Shown piece by piece: positions 17,476 to 25,451 of a stretch of 64,000 bases of DNA (the stretch's first letter is position 1; each line of letters opens with the position of its first letter). The stretch lies in assembly GCA_963731625.1 (NCBI GenBank), contig CAVSWH010000021.1, forward strand, positions 96,108 through 160,107, given 5' to 3'. The translations under genes were made by a program, and so were the position numbers. The stretch comes from an uncultured Actinomycetes bacterium. GTDB taxonomy: Bacteria; Actinomycetota; Acidimicrobiia; IMCC26256; PALSA-555. The notes under the pieces are model-generated. The model had not been told where the DNA came from. It searched no databases and worked only from the letters and a program-made list of their open reading frames with translations.

Positions 17476-18665
17476 GGCCGCGCCGCGTTCACGAGGTCGA
17501 AGATGCGGGCGGTGCAGCCCGCCATCTCGACGGGGGGCAGCAGCTCGGTCACGAGCCGCGCCGCGAGCGCATGGAACGCCGCGCCGGCCGGGCTGGCCGG
17601 GTCGTGCTCGGCGACGGGCTCCCCGCGGTCGCCGCCGGCGGCCAGGCTCGACTCGAGGGGGATCTGCGCCACGAGCGGCGCGCCGCTCGTCTCGGCGAGC
17701 GTCGCCCCACCGCCCTCCCCGAACAGGGGGTACTCGGTGCCGTCCGGCGCGACGAACGCGCTCATGTTCTCGACGACGCCGAGGACCTTCAGGTAGGAGC
17801 GGTGGGCCATGTCGACGATCCGGGCCGCGACCCGCTGGGCGGCGCGCGCCGGGGTCGTGACCACGAGCAGCTCGGTCTGGGGGAGCATCCGCGCGAGGCC
17901 CATCTGGACGTCGCCCGTGCCCGGCGGCATGTCGACGAGCAGGTAGTCCATGTCGCCCCAGCGGACGTCGTGGAGGAACTGCTCGACGGCCTTCGTGAGG
18001 ATGAGGCCCCGCCACATGAGCGCCGTCTCCTCGTCGTCGACGAGGAGACCCATCGAGACGACCTTGAGCCGGCCCGGCGGACCCGACGGGTCGAGCTGGT
18101 TCGCGACCGTGCGCTCGTTCGGGTGGATCTTGCCGTCGGCGCCGCCGAGGCGACCCTCGACGCCGAGCATCCCCGGGACGCTGAAGCCCCAGATGTCCGC
18201 GTCGAGGACGCCGACCTGCAGGCCGCGGGCGGCGAGCGCCACGGCGAGGTTCACGGTGACGCTCGACTTCCCGACGCCGCCCTTGCCGCTCGCCACGGCG
18301 AGGACCCGCGTCGAGGCGGGGACCTCGGTCGGGTCGGCCTGCTCGCGCGCCTGCCAGCGCGCCCGCTGCATCGCCGCGCTCTTCTGCGCCGCGTTCATCT
18401 CCCCGTACTCGACCGCCACGTCGGTGACGCCGGGGATGCCGCGCACCTTCGACTCGACGTCGTCGCGGATCCGGGTGCGCAGCGGGCAGCCGGCCGTCGT
18501 GAGCGCGACCCGCACCCGGGCGCGGCCGTCCGTGACCGTGACGTCGTCGACCATGCCGAGATCCACGATGCTGACGTGCAGCTCGGGGTCGAGGACGCCG
18601 GCCAGGGCGCGACGGACATCGTCGGGGGTCGGCGACCGTCGGTCGGCAGCGGAGCGTTCACTCAT
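17472..18665 (-). CDS. Mrp/ApbC-type Fe-S cluster carrier ATPase with N-terminal DUF59-like domain
   Basis: ATG 18665 gives MSERSAADRR..., followed by LDPELHVSIVDLGMV (DUF59-type), VASGKGGVGKSSVTVNLA (deviant Walker A) and DYLLVDMPPGTGD. Confidence 0.9.
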   Translation of the reverse strand: MSERSAADRRSPTPDDVRRALAGVLDPELHVSIVDLGMVDDVTVTDGRARVRVALTTAGCPLRTRIRDDVESKVRGIPGVTDVAVEYGEMNAAQKSAAMQRARWQAREQADPTEVPASTRVLAVASGKGGVGKSSVTVNLAVALAARGLQVGVLDADIWGFSVPGMLGVEGRLGGADGKIHPNERTVANQLDPSGPPGRLKVVSMGLLVDDEETALMWRGLILTKAVEQFLHDVRWGDMDYLLVDMPPGTGDVQMGLARMLPQTELLVVTTPARAAQRVAARIVDMAHRSYLKVLGVVENMSAFVAPDGTEYPLFGEGGGATLAETSGAPLVAQIPLESSLAAGGDRGEPVAEHDPASPAGAAFHALAARLVTELLPPVEMAGCTARIFDLVNAARP

Positions 18666-18684
18666 CGTCGAATAAAACCAGTCT

Positions 18685-18722
18685 CCCTTGAAAATATGCC
18701 CCGTCGCGGGTACCGTCAAGGG
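18685..18722. promoter_or_regulatory. face-to-face overlapping divergent promoters framed by a 7-bp inverted repeat
   Basis: Plus strand: TTGAAA (18688-18693), 17 nt, TACCGT (18711-18716), then 7 nt to GTG 18724, which suggests a leaderless regulator mRNA. Minus strand: TTGACG (18719-18714), 17 nt, TATTTT (18696-18691), then about 25 nt with GGGAGA to the Mrp ATG at 18665. CCCTTGA (18685-18691) and TCAAGGG (18716-18722) are inverted repeats. This is the only AT-rich patch in the neighbourhood. Confidence 0.45.
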
Positions 18723-18723
18723 C

Positions 18724-19395
18724 GTGCTGGACCTGGGGGTCCTCAAGGCCTTAGCGGACGAGACGCGCTACGCCGTCTACCGGGAGCTGGCCTCGTCCCC
18801 CGCCCCGCTCTCCGCCCCCGACCTGGCCGAGCGCCTCGGGGTCCACGCCAACACCGTGCGGCTGCACCTGGAGCGACTCCGCGACGCCGGGCTCGTGGAC
18901 GCCGAGGCCGTCCACCGGGGCACCGTCGGGCGGCCCCAGCACCTCTACTTCCTGGCGCCCGGCGCGCCGAGCCTCGGGTTCGACCCGCCGGCCCACGCGC
19001 TGCTGGCCGGGCTCCTCGCCGCGCTGGCCGAGCGGGTCGGCGCGGACGTCGACGACGCCGCCAGCACGGGGCATGCCTGGGGCGCGGAGGCCGGCCGGCG
19101 CACACGTGCCCGCTCGTGCGTGCAGGCCCTCGCCGCCGAGCTCGAGCGGCTCGGCTTCGAGCCGGCGCTCGCGCCGGGCGACGGTCCGTCCGAGGGCGCG
19201 GCGCGCATCGACTTCCTGCACTGCCCCTTCCGGGAGCTCGCCGAGGCCTACCCCGAGCTCGTGTGCAACCTCCACCGCGGCCTCTGCGAGGGCATCGTCG
19301 ACGAGGTCGGCCGGGGAAGCGTGGAGGAGTTCGCGACGTTGTACGACCATGAGCCGTGCCACGTCACCGTCGCGACGCGCCGCGACGACCAGTAG
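18724..19395 (+). CDS. ArsR/SufR-like winged-helix transcriptional regulator
   Basis: Reads VLDLGVLKALADETRYAVYRELASSPAPLSAPDLAERLGVHANTVRLHLERLRDAGLV (ArsR-type HTH). The C-terminal half contains CPF...C...C residues. The track start TTG 18688 is better explained as the -35 hexamer. Confidence 0.7.
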   Translation: MLDLGVLKALADETRYAVYRELASSPAPLSAPDLAERLGVHANTVRLHLERLRDAGLVDAEAVHRGTVGRPQHLYFLAPGAPSLGFDPPAHALLAGLLAALAERVGADVDDAASTGHAWGAEAGRRTRARSCVQALAAELERLGFEPALAPGDGPSEGAARIDFLHCPFRELAEAYPELVCNLHRGLCEGIVDEVGRGSVEEFATLYDHEPCHVTVATRRDDQ

Positions 19396-19417
19396 GCTGA
19401 ACGCAGGAGGGACAGCG

Positions 19418-19774
19418 ATGACGATGTTCGAGGTCACCGACGCCAGCGAGGTGTTCTTGCTCACCGACGCGGCCGCGACCAAGGTCCAGAGCCTCCTCGA
19501 CGCCGAGGCAGGCGACGAGGTGCTCGCGCTGCGCGTGGCGGTTCGTCCCGGCGGCTGCTCCGGGTACAGCTACGAGATGTTCTTCGACGCCGCCATCGCC
19601 GACGACGACCTCAAGAGCGAGCACGCCGGTGTCCAGGTCGTGATCGACCCGCAGAGCTTCCAGCTCCTGAAGGGCGCCACCCTGGACTTCAAGGACGGGC
19701 TCCAGGGCGCCGGGTTCGCGATCAGCAACCCGAACGCCGAGCGGTCCTGCGGCTGCGGCCAGTCCTTCTCCTAA
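19418..19774 (+). CDS. HesB/IscA-family Fe-S cluster insertion protein
   Basis: 118 aa with an AGGAGG SD 8 nt upstream. It has RVAVRPGGCSGYSY and the C-terminal SCGCGQSF, the three conserved Cys. Confidence 0.9.
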   Translation: MTMFEVTDASEVFLLTDAAATKVQSLLDAEAGDEVLALRVAVRPGGCSGYSYEMFFDAAIADDDLKSEHAGVQVVIDPQSFQLLKGATLDFKDGLQGAGFAISNPNAERSCGCGQSFS

Positions 19775-19911
19775 CGCACGCGCCGCGGCGCGGATGTCGC
19801 GCGCGTCGTCCGATTCGAGCGGAGAATCCTGTATCTCGTCGCGCGATTGGTTTACGCTGACGGTTCACTGCTCGTGTGTTCATCGAGGGTTGGCTGAAGG
19901 GAGCGACGCCC

Positions 19912-20415
19912 ATGTCATCGTGGCCACCTAACCCGCCGATCGGTGGTGGGATGTCGACGCCGCCGAGTCCGCCCCCGCCGCGGCCGTGGGAGCCCCCGGC
20001 ACCCGCGGCTCCGCCTCCGCCGTCGCCGGCGGCGGCGCCGAAGCCGGCGAAGAAGGCAGCCAAGAAGCGCAAGGCAGCCAAGAAGCGTCCGGCCAAGAAG
20101 CGTCCGGCCAAGAAGCGCGTGGCGAAGAAGGCGACGAAGAAGCGCCCCGCGAAGCGCAAGGCCGCCGCGAAGCGCCGTCCCGCGAAGCGCAAGGCCGTCA
20201 AGAAGACGACGAAGCGCAAGGCGACCAAGCGCAAGGCCGTCAAGAAGACCACGAAGCGCAAGGCCACCAAGCGCAAGGCCACGAAGCGCAAGGCGACGGC
20301 GCGCAAGCCCGCCAAGCGCAAGGCCACGAAGCGCAAGGCGACCAAGCGCAAGGCGACGGCGCGCAAGCCCGCCAAGCGCAAGGCCACGAAGCGCAAGGCG
20401 ACCAAGCGCCGCTAA
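19912..20415 (+). CDS. Pro-rich N-terminus plus Lys/Ala/Arg/Thr-rich histone-H1/AlgP-like basic repeat protein
   Basis: ATG 19912 is preceded by GAAGGGAG. The sequence is MSSWPPNPPIGGGMSTPPSPPPPRPWEPPAPAAPPPPSPAAAPKPAKKAAKKRKAAKKRPAKK...KRKATKRKATARKPAKRKATKRKATKRR. Synonymous differences between repeat units argue that it is translated. Confidence 0.7.
   Translation: MSSWPPNPPIGGGMSTPPSPPPPRPWEPPAPAAPPPPSPAAAPKPAKKAAKKRKAAKKRPAKKRPAKKRVAKKATKKRPAKRKAAAKRRPAKRKAVKKTTKRKATKRKAVKKTTKRKATKRKATKRKATARKPAKRKATKRKATKRKATARKPAKRKATKRKATKRR
20194..20400 (+). repeat. in-frame tandem duplications inside the basic-protein gene
   Basis: 20194-20235 and 20236-20277 are a 42-bp pair (40/42 identical). 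20281-20340 and 20341-20400 are a 60-bp pair (59/60 identical). Confidence 0.9.
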
Positions 20416-20437
20416 GGCTTCGTCAAAGGATCCAGGT

Positions 20438-20466
20438 CGGGCCCACCGGTCACACCGGTGGGCCCG
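20438..20466. terminator. strong GC hairpin between convergent genes (bidirectional terminator candidate)
   Basis: c GGGCCCACCGGT cac ACCGGTGGGCCC g forms a 13-bp perfect stem with a 3-nt loop. It lies between the stop at 20415 (+) and the stop at 20480 (-). There is no U-tract, as is common in high-GC actinobacteria. Confidence 0.55.
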
Positions 20467-20479
20467 GTCGCGTCAGCGC

Positions 20480-21334
20480 TCAGGCGACGAGCGACTGCAG
20501 CAGCGGGGTGATCTCGTCGCGTCCGAACGCGCTGTCCAGCCGACCGCGGATCACGCCGCTGCCGTCGATGGTGAAGAAGAACGGCTCGTAGGGGATGCCC
20601 CACGCGAGGACCGTCGGTGCTTCTTGCGTGCCGGTGAGCGACTGGTAGATCTCGACGTGGACGAACGCGACCTCGTTCTGAAAGGGGGCGCTCGCGGCGA
20701 TCAGCTCGTTCAGCACCGGCCCGCAGTAGCGGGTCTGGCACAGCGCCGGCGTGGCGAACAGGACGGCCACGGGCTTCCCCGTGCCGATCACGTCCGACAG
20801 CGACAGGCTGTGGAGCGGGCACGGCGGCTGGCGTGTGCAGATCGGGTTCACGCCGAGCGGGTTCGCCTTCGTCGGTGACGGCGCGCGGCTGGCCATCTGC
20901 CCGGGGACGGGCGCGTCGGCCGTCGCCTTGACTTCGAGGGCGAGCGGGAGCCGGCGGCCCTGGAAGAGCACCTGACCCTGGTAAGTGCCCGCCTGGTCGA
21001 GGACCGCGTCGACGACGTAGACGCCGCGCCCCTTCGGGAGCCCCGTCGCCATCTTCACGGCTGTGACGATCTCGCCCTGCGCCGCGCCGGGCGGGGCGAC
21101 CGCGAGGCGCGCCGTCGCCCCGGAGTCGGGGGTCGGGCCGCGGTAGATGACGAACGCGACCCGCTGCGGCGTCGACGTCACGTAGAGATCGTTCGAGACG
21201 AGCAGTGCGCTCAGGGCCGTCGACGTGTCCGGCCGGCTCGCACCCGCCACGTCGGGCCACCCGAGCGTCCCGAGCAGGGCCGCGCCGGCGGACGCGGCGA
21301 GGAATCCGCGACGGCTCGGGGTCGGCGACGGCAT
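20480..21334 (-). CDS. Tat-signal secreted thioredoxin-fold (TlpA/redoxin-like) protein
   Basis: ATG 21334 gives MPSPTPSRRGFLAASAGAALLG (twin-arginine signal). The C-terminal domain has PVAVLFATPALCQTRYCGPVLNEL, with a Cys pair in a thioredoxin-like context. Confidence 0.7.
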   Translation of the reverse strand: MPSPTPSRRGFLAASAGAALLGTLGWPDVAGASRPDTSTALSALLVSNDLYVTSTPQRVAFVIYRGPTPDSGATARLAVAPPGAAQGEIVTAVKMATGLPKGRGVYVVDAVLDQAGTYQGQVLFQGRRLPLALEVKATADAPVPGQMASRAPSPTKANPLGVNPICTRQPPCPLHSLSLSDVIGTGKPVAVLFATPALCQTRYCGPVLNELIAASAPFQNEVAFVHVEIYQSLTGTQEAPTVLAWGIPYEPFFFTIDGSGVIRGRLDSAFGRDEITPLLQSLVA

Positions 21335-21357
21335 CGCTCCTATCCTGCCGTAGCGCC

Positions 21358-23070
21358 ATGGCGGATACGCATCGGGTCGAGTTCGTCTGCAACGACGCGC
21401 CCGTCGCGGTCGACGTGACCGAAGGCGAGTCGCTGCTCGCCGTGCTCCGGGAGCACCTCGGCCTGCGCGCCGCGAAGGACGGATGCGCGCCACAGGGTCA
21501 GTGCGGCTGCTGCACCGTCCTCGTCGACGGCGACGCTCGCGTCGCCTGCGTCACGCCCGCGGCCCGCGTCGCCGGCCGACGGGTCACCACGCTCGAGGGT
21601 CTCGATGCGACGCGCCGCGACACGCTCGCGTCCGCGTTCGTCGACGCCGGCGCGTCGCAGTGCGGATTCTGCACGCCGGGGATCCTCCTGCGGATCGCGG
21701 CGCTGCAGGACCGCGGCCGCGACGGCGCGGGCGACGTCGAGCGGGCCCTCGGTGCGCACCTCTGCCGCTGCACCGGATGGCGGAGCGTCGTCGAGGCCGC
21801 CACCCACGCCACACCGCGCCCGGGCCGCCGGGACCTCGACGCGGCCTCGGCCCGCGCCGCGCTCGAGGGCGGGGTCGCGCAGCGCGTCAGCCCCGACGTC
21901 CCCCTCGGCGCCGGGGGCTTCGCCGATGACGGCGCACCACCGGACGCGCTCGTGGCCGTGCCCTGCCCGCCCGGCTCGACGGCCGAGCGCGTCGACGCCG
22001 CCGGGCAGGCCTGGGTCGTCGCCGAGACGCTCGCGGGGGCGCGCGCCCTCGCGGCGCCCACCCCGGGCCGGCGCAGCACCCGCCGCGAGCAGGCGCCGCT
22101 GGCCCTCCCCGACGCCGTGCCGGGCGGCGTGCGGCTGGCCACGGGCTGGGTGGAGCCCGCGTACCTGGAGCCCGACGCGTCCTGGTGTGCGCCAGGTGGT
22201 GTCCCAGCCTCGCCGCTCGCCAACGGGGGGGCGTTCGGCGGCAAGGAGACATCGCGCGCCCCCGCGGCGGCACAGGCCCTGGCGGCGCGCCTCGGACGGC
22301 CGGTCCGGGTGGTCTACGCGCGCGAGGACGTCGTCCGGCTCGGGCCGAAGCGACCGCCGATCGCGGCAACCGCCGTGTGGCGCGACGGCGCCGTGCGCGT
22401 CGACGGGCGCGTCGTGGCCGACACGACGAGCTGGGCGCCCGAGCCGCCCGTGTCGACGGTCCCGCTCGAGGAGCACTGGCGGGGCGTGACCGCGCCCGGG
22501 CCGCCGACGACGACGAACGTGCGAGCCTTCCCGCTGGCCGAGCGCACGGTCCTGCGCGAGGCGGCACTCGCCGCGGCGGGCGTCGACGCCGCGTCGTGCT
22601 GCCTCGACGCGCGCGTCGCTCGTACCCGCCTTGCGGCGGTCGCGGCCGCGTCGGGTGGTGGGCTCGCGGGTGCGGCAGTGCAGCTGGACGAGGCGAGCGG
22701 CGCCGTGGCGCGGGTCCAGATCCGGGTCGCGGCCGGTGACCCGCTCGACGAGGTCGTGCTCCGCTCCTACTGCCAAGGGGCGGCGCACATGGCGCTCGGC
22801 TGGGTGCTGACCGAGGGCCTCGCCGTCGACCCGGACACGGGCGAGGTGCTCGACCTGACCATCCGGTCGTTCGGCATCCTGCGGGCCCGGTCCACGCCCC
22901 CGCTCGAGGTGACCGTGCTCGACGATCCCGGCCCGCCGCTCGCGGTGAGCGACGCCGTGTTCGCCGCGGTCGCGTCGGCCGCGTGGGAGGCGCTGACCGC
23001 GGCCGAGGGCCAGCGGCCGGACGTGTTCCCCGCGGCCGCGAGCCGGGCGGCGCGCGCGACCCGCGCGTGA
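21358..23070 (+). CDS. [2Fe-2S]-binding domains fused to a shortened xanthine-dehydrogenase/aldehyde-oxidase-type molybdopterin-subunit-like region
   Basis: ATG 21358. The N-terminal 150 aa carry both XDH small-subunit clusters (CAPQGQCGCCTVLV...C and CGFCTPG...CRCTGW). The remainder has GGAFGGKE and VRVVYAREDVVRLGPKRP, and near the C-terminus DDPGPPLAVSDAVFAAVASAAW. Confidence 0.8.
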   Translation: MADTHRVEFVCNDAPVAVDVTEGESLLAVLREHLGLRAAKDGCAPQGQCGCCTVLVDGDARVACVTPAARVAGRRVTTLEGLDATRRDTLASAFVDAGASQCGFCTPGILLRIAALQDRGRDGAGDVERALGAHLCRCTGWRSVVEAATHATPRPGRRDLDAASARAALEGGVAQRVSPDVPLGAGGFADDGAPPDALVAVPCPPGSTAERVDAAGQAWVVAETLAGARALAAPTPGRRSTRREQAPLALPDAVPGGVRLATGWVEPAYLEPDASWCAPGGVPASPLANGGAFGGKETSRAPAAAQALAARLGRPVRVVYAREDVVRLGPKRPPIAATAVWRDGAVRVDGRVVADTTSWAPEPPVSTVPLEEHWRGVTAPGPPTTTNVRAFPLAERTVLREAALAAAGVDAASCCLDARVARTRLAAVAAASGGGLAGAAVQLDEASGAVARVQIRVAAGDPLDEVVLRSYCQGAAHMALGWVLTEGLAVDPDTGEVLDLTIRSFGILRARSTPPLEVTVLDDPGPPLAVSDAVFAAVASAAWEALTAAEGQRPDVFPAAASRAARATRA

Positions 23071-23249
23071 GCCTCGAGCGCGTCGGCGGGGGCTACCGTC
23101 GTGGCGTGCCCGGCGCGCTCGTCTTCGTCGTCGCGATGGTGCTCGTCGTCCCCGTCGGCGTGATGCTGGTCGGCGCGGTGTGGAGCGCCCTGTTCGGCTG
23201 GCTCGAATCGTCCGACGCCGAGGCCGTCGAGCCGTCCCCGAAGGCCTAG
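23067..23249 (+). CDS. small single-pass membrane protein, start overlapping the upstream stop
   Basis: GTG 23067 overlaps TGA 23068-23070 (GTGA). The 60-aa product is VSLERVGGGYRRGVPGALVFVVAMVLVVPVGVMLVGAVWSALFGWLESSDAEAVEPSPKA, with one clear TM helix. Confidence 0.35.
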   Translation: MSLERVGGGYRRGVPGALVFVVAMVLVVPVGVMLVGAVWSALFGWLESSDAEAVEPSPKA

Positions 23250-23253
23250 CTGC

Positions 23254-23940
23254 TCACTCCGGCGCGGCGCGGGTCTGCCCGAAGCGGTACCCGACCGAGC
23301 GCACCGTCTGGATCCAGCTGGCGTGCTCCTCGCCGAGCTTGGCGCGTAGGCGTCGGACGTGGACGTCGACCGTCCGGGCCCCGCCGTAGTACTCGTAGCC
23401 CCAGACGCGCGAGAGCAGCTGCTCGCGGGTGAACACCTTCCCCGGGTGGATGGTGAAGAACTTCAACAGCTCGTACTCCATGTACGTGAGGTCGAGCGCC
23501 CGGCCCCCGAGCTCGGCCTGGTAGGTCTCGAGGTTCAGCATCATGTCGCCGTACTCGACGATCTCGGGGCGTGCCCCGCGCCCGGCGCGCCACAGCAGGT
23601 GGCGCAGCCGCGCCTCGAGCTCCTGGGGGTGGAACGGGGCGAGGCAGAAGTCGTCGAAGAGGTCCTCGCGCAGCTCGAGCTCGGCGAGCTGCGCGCCAGA
23701 GATGAGCACGAGCACCGGCGCGAGCTGCGTGTCGCGGCGCCGCAGCACTCGGCACACCCCGAAGGCGCCCTCCGGGTCCTCGTCGCACACGACGATCGCG
23801 CCGACCCAGCCGTCGCGGGGCTCCGCGGCGTTCGCCGCGGACGCGTTCGCGACCGCCTTCCAGCGGTGCCCGCTCAGGTCGAGCGTCTGGGCGAGCAGCG
23901 GTGGCGGGGGGTCCGGGAAGACGAGGAGCGGCTCGTCCAT
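23254..23940 (-). CDS. glnR: OmpR-family orphan response regulator GlnR
   Basis: 228 aa. The C-terminal winged helix [72 protein letters not shown] closely matches my memory of Streptomyces GlnR. The ATG shares one base with the upstream GS stop (TGATG at 23942-23938). Confidence 0.8.
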   Translation of the reverse strand: MDEPLLVFPDPPPPLLAQTLDLSGHRWKAVANASAANAAEPRDGWVGAIVVCDEDPEGAFGVCRVLRRRDTQLAPVLVLISGAQLAELELREDLFDDFCLAPFHPQELEARLRHLLWRAGRGARPEIVEYGDMMLNLETYQAELGGRALDLTYMEYELLKFFTIHPGKVFTREQLLSRVWGYEYYGGARTVDVHVRRLRAKLGEEHASWIQTVRSVGYRFGQTRAAPE

Positions 23941-25265
23941 CAGAGCGAGCCGAGGTAGCGGTTCAGCTCGAACGGGGTGACCTGGGCGCGGTAGTCGTCC
24001 CACTCGGCGCGCTTGTTGCGCACGAAGTGCTCGAAGATGTGCTCGCCGAGCGCCTCGGCGACGAGTTCGGAGTGCTCCATGACGTCGATGGCCTCGCCGA
24101 GGGATTCGGGGAGCGAGGCGATGCCCTCGGCGATGCGCTCCTCGGGCGTGAGCTCGAAGATGTTGTTCGTCGCCTCGGGCGCCAGGTCGTAGTTCTGCTC
24201 GATGCCCTCGAGCCCGGCGGCGAGGATCACCGAGAACGCCAGGTACGGGTTGCAGGCCGGGTCGGGGGAGCGGAACTCGATGCGCGTCGAGCTCTCCTTG
24301 CCGGCCTTCGTCACCGGCACCCGCACGAGCGCCGAGCGGTTGTTGCGCGCCCAGCACACGTAGACCGGGGCCTCGTAGCGGACGCTCAGCCGCTTGTAGG
24401 AGTTCACCCACTGGTTCGTCACCGCGGTGATCTCCCGGGCGTGGTGGAGGAGCCCGGCGATGAAGCACCGCCCGATCTTCGAGAGCCCGTGGTCGTCGCG
24501 TGGGTCATGGAACGCGTTCACGTCGCCCTCGAAGAGCGAGAAGTGGGTGTGCATCCCCGATCCGAAGTCGCCCGAGATGGGCTTGGGCATGAACGTGGCG
24601 TAGATGCCGTGGTCGGCCGCGACCTTCTTCACGACGTAGCGGAACGAGACGACGTTGTCGGCCATCGTGAGCGCGTCGGTGTAGCGCAGGTCGATCTCGT
24701 GCTGGCTGGGGCCGAGCTCGTGGTGGCTGTACTCGACGGGGATGCCCATGGCCTCGAGCGTGACGATCGTTTGCTTGCGCAGGTCCGAGATCTGCTCGAG
24801 CTGGGCCACGTCGAAGAATCCCGCGTGGTCGAGCGGCTCGGTGGACTCCGCCGAACCGAAGTAGAAGAACTCCATCTCGGGGCCGGCGTAGAACGTGAAG
24901 CCCTTCTCGCGGGCCCGCTCGAGGTTGCGCTTCAGGACGAAGCGTGGGTCGCCCTCGAAGGGCTCGTTCGTGATCCGGTGCACGTCGCAGAACATCCGCG
25001 CCGTCGGGGCGTCCTCGCTGTGCCAGGGCACGATCTCGAACGTGTTGGCGTCGGGCCGCAGGAGCATGTCGGACTCCTGGACGCGGCTGTAGCCCTCGAT
25101 CGCCGACCCGTCGAAGGTCATCCCCTCCTCGAGGGCCGTCTCGAGCTCGGCCGGCGTGATCTCGAAGCTCTTGAGGAACCCGAGCACATCGGTGAACCAG
25201 AGCCGCACGAAGCGGACGCCGCGCTCCTCGACGGTGCGCAGCACGTAGTCGAGCTGGTGCTGCAT
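23940..25265 (-). CDS. glutamine synthetase, type I (GlnA2-like paralogue)
   Basis: ATG 25265 gives [29 protein letters not shown]... (441 aa), with PEMEFF, FMPKP...[10 protein letters not shown] and NSYKRL motifs. Confidence 0.9.
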   Translation of the reverse strand: MQHQLDYVLRTVEERGVRFVRLWFTDVLGFLKSFEITPAELETALEEGMTFDGSAIEGYSRVQESDMLLRPDANTFEIVPWHSEDAPTARMFCDVHRITNEPFEGDPRFVLKRNLERAREKGFTFYAGPEMEFFYFGSAESTEPLDHAGFFDVAQLEQISDLRKQTIVTLEAMGIPVEYSHHELGPSQHEIDLRYTDALTMADNVVSFRYVVKKVAADHGIYATFMPKPISGDFGSGMHTHFSLFEGDVNAFHDPRDDHGLSKIGRCFIAGLLHHAREITAVTNQWVNSYKRLSVRYEAPVYVCWARNNRSALVRVPVTKAGKESSTRIEFRSPDPACNPYLAFSVILAAGLEGIEQNYDLAPEATNNIFELTPEERIAEGIASLPESLGEAIDVMEHSELVAEALGEHIFEHFVRNKRAEWDDYRAQVTPFELNRYLGSL

Positions 25266-25325
25266 CCCGCCAGTGTGGCAGGCCCGCGCGGGCCGTCCGC
25301 CACCGATACATCGGGCAAAGGTGCT

Positions 25326-25376
25326 GTTCACACGGCGTTCACGAACGCGAATGGGATCGGAAACACCGGGCGTGAC
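25326..25376. promoter_or_regulatory. GlnR-box-like half-site array in the divergent GS/GS intergenic region
   Basis: Five pentamer-like sites recur about every 11 nt: GTTCAC (25326), GTTCAC (25337), GAATG (25349), GAAAC (25360) and GTGAC (25372). This resembles the actinobacterial GlnR consensus gTnAc-n6-GaAAc as I recall it. Confidence 0.35.
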
Positions 25377-25451
25377 AGCATCCCGCATCGGTTCGGCGAG
25401 CTGCGGCCACGAAGGGCCGGGTGGGATCGCCGAGGAACGGAGGGTACGCAC

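Noticed and set aside
20194-20400. CRISPR-like array
   Set aside because: The repeats are directly adjacent with no spacers, are in frame, and encode the Lys/Ala repeat of a protein.
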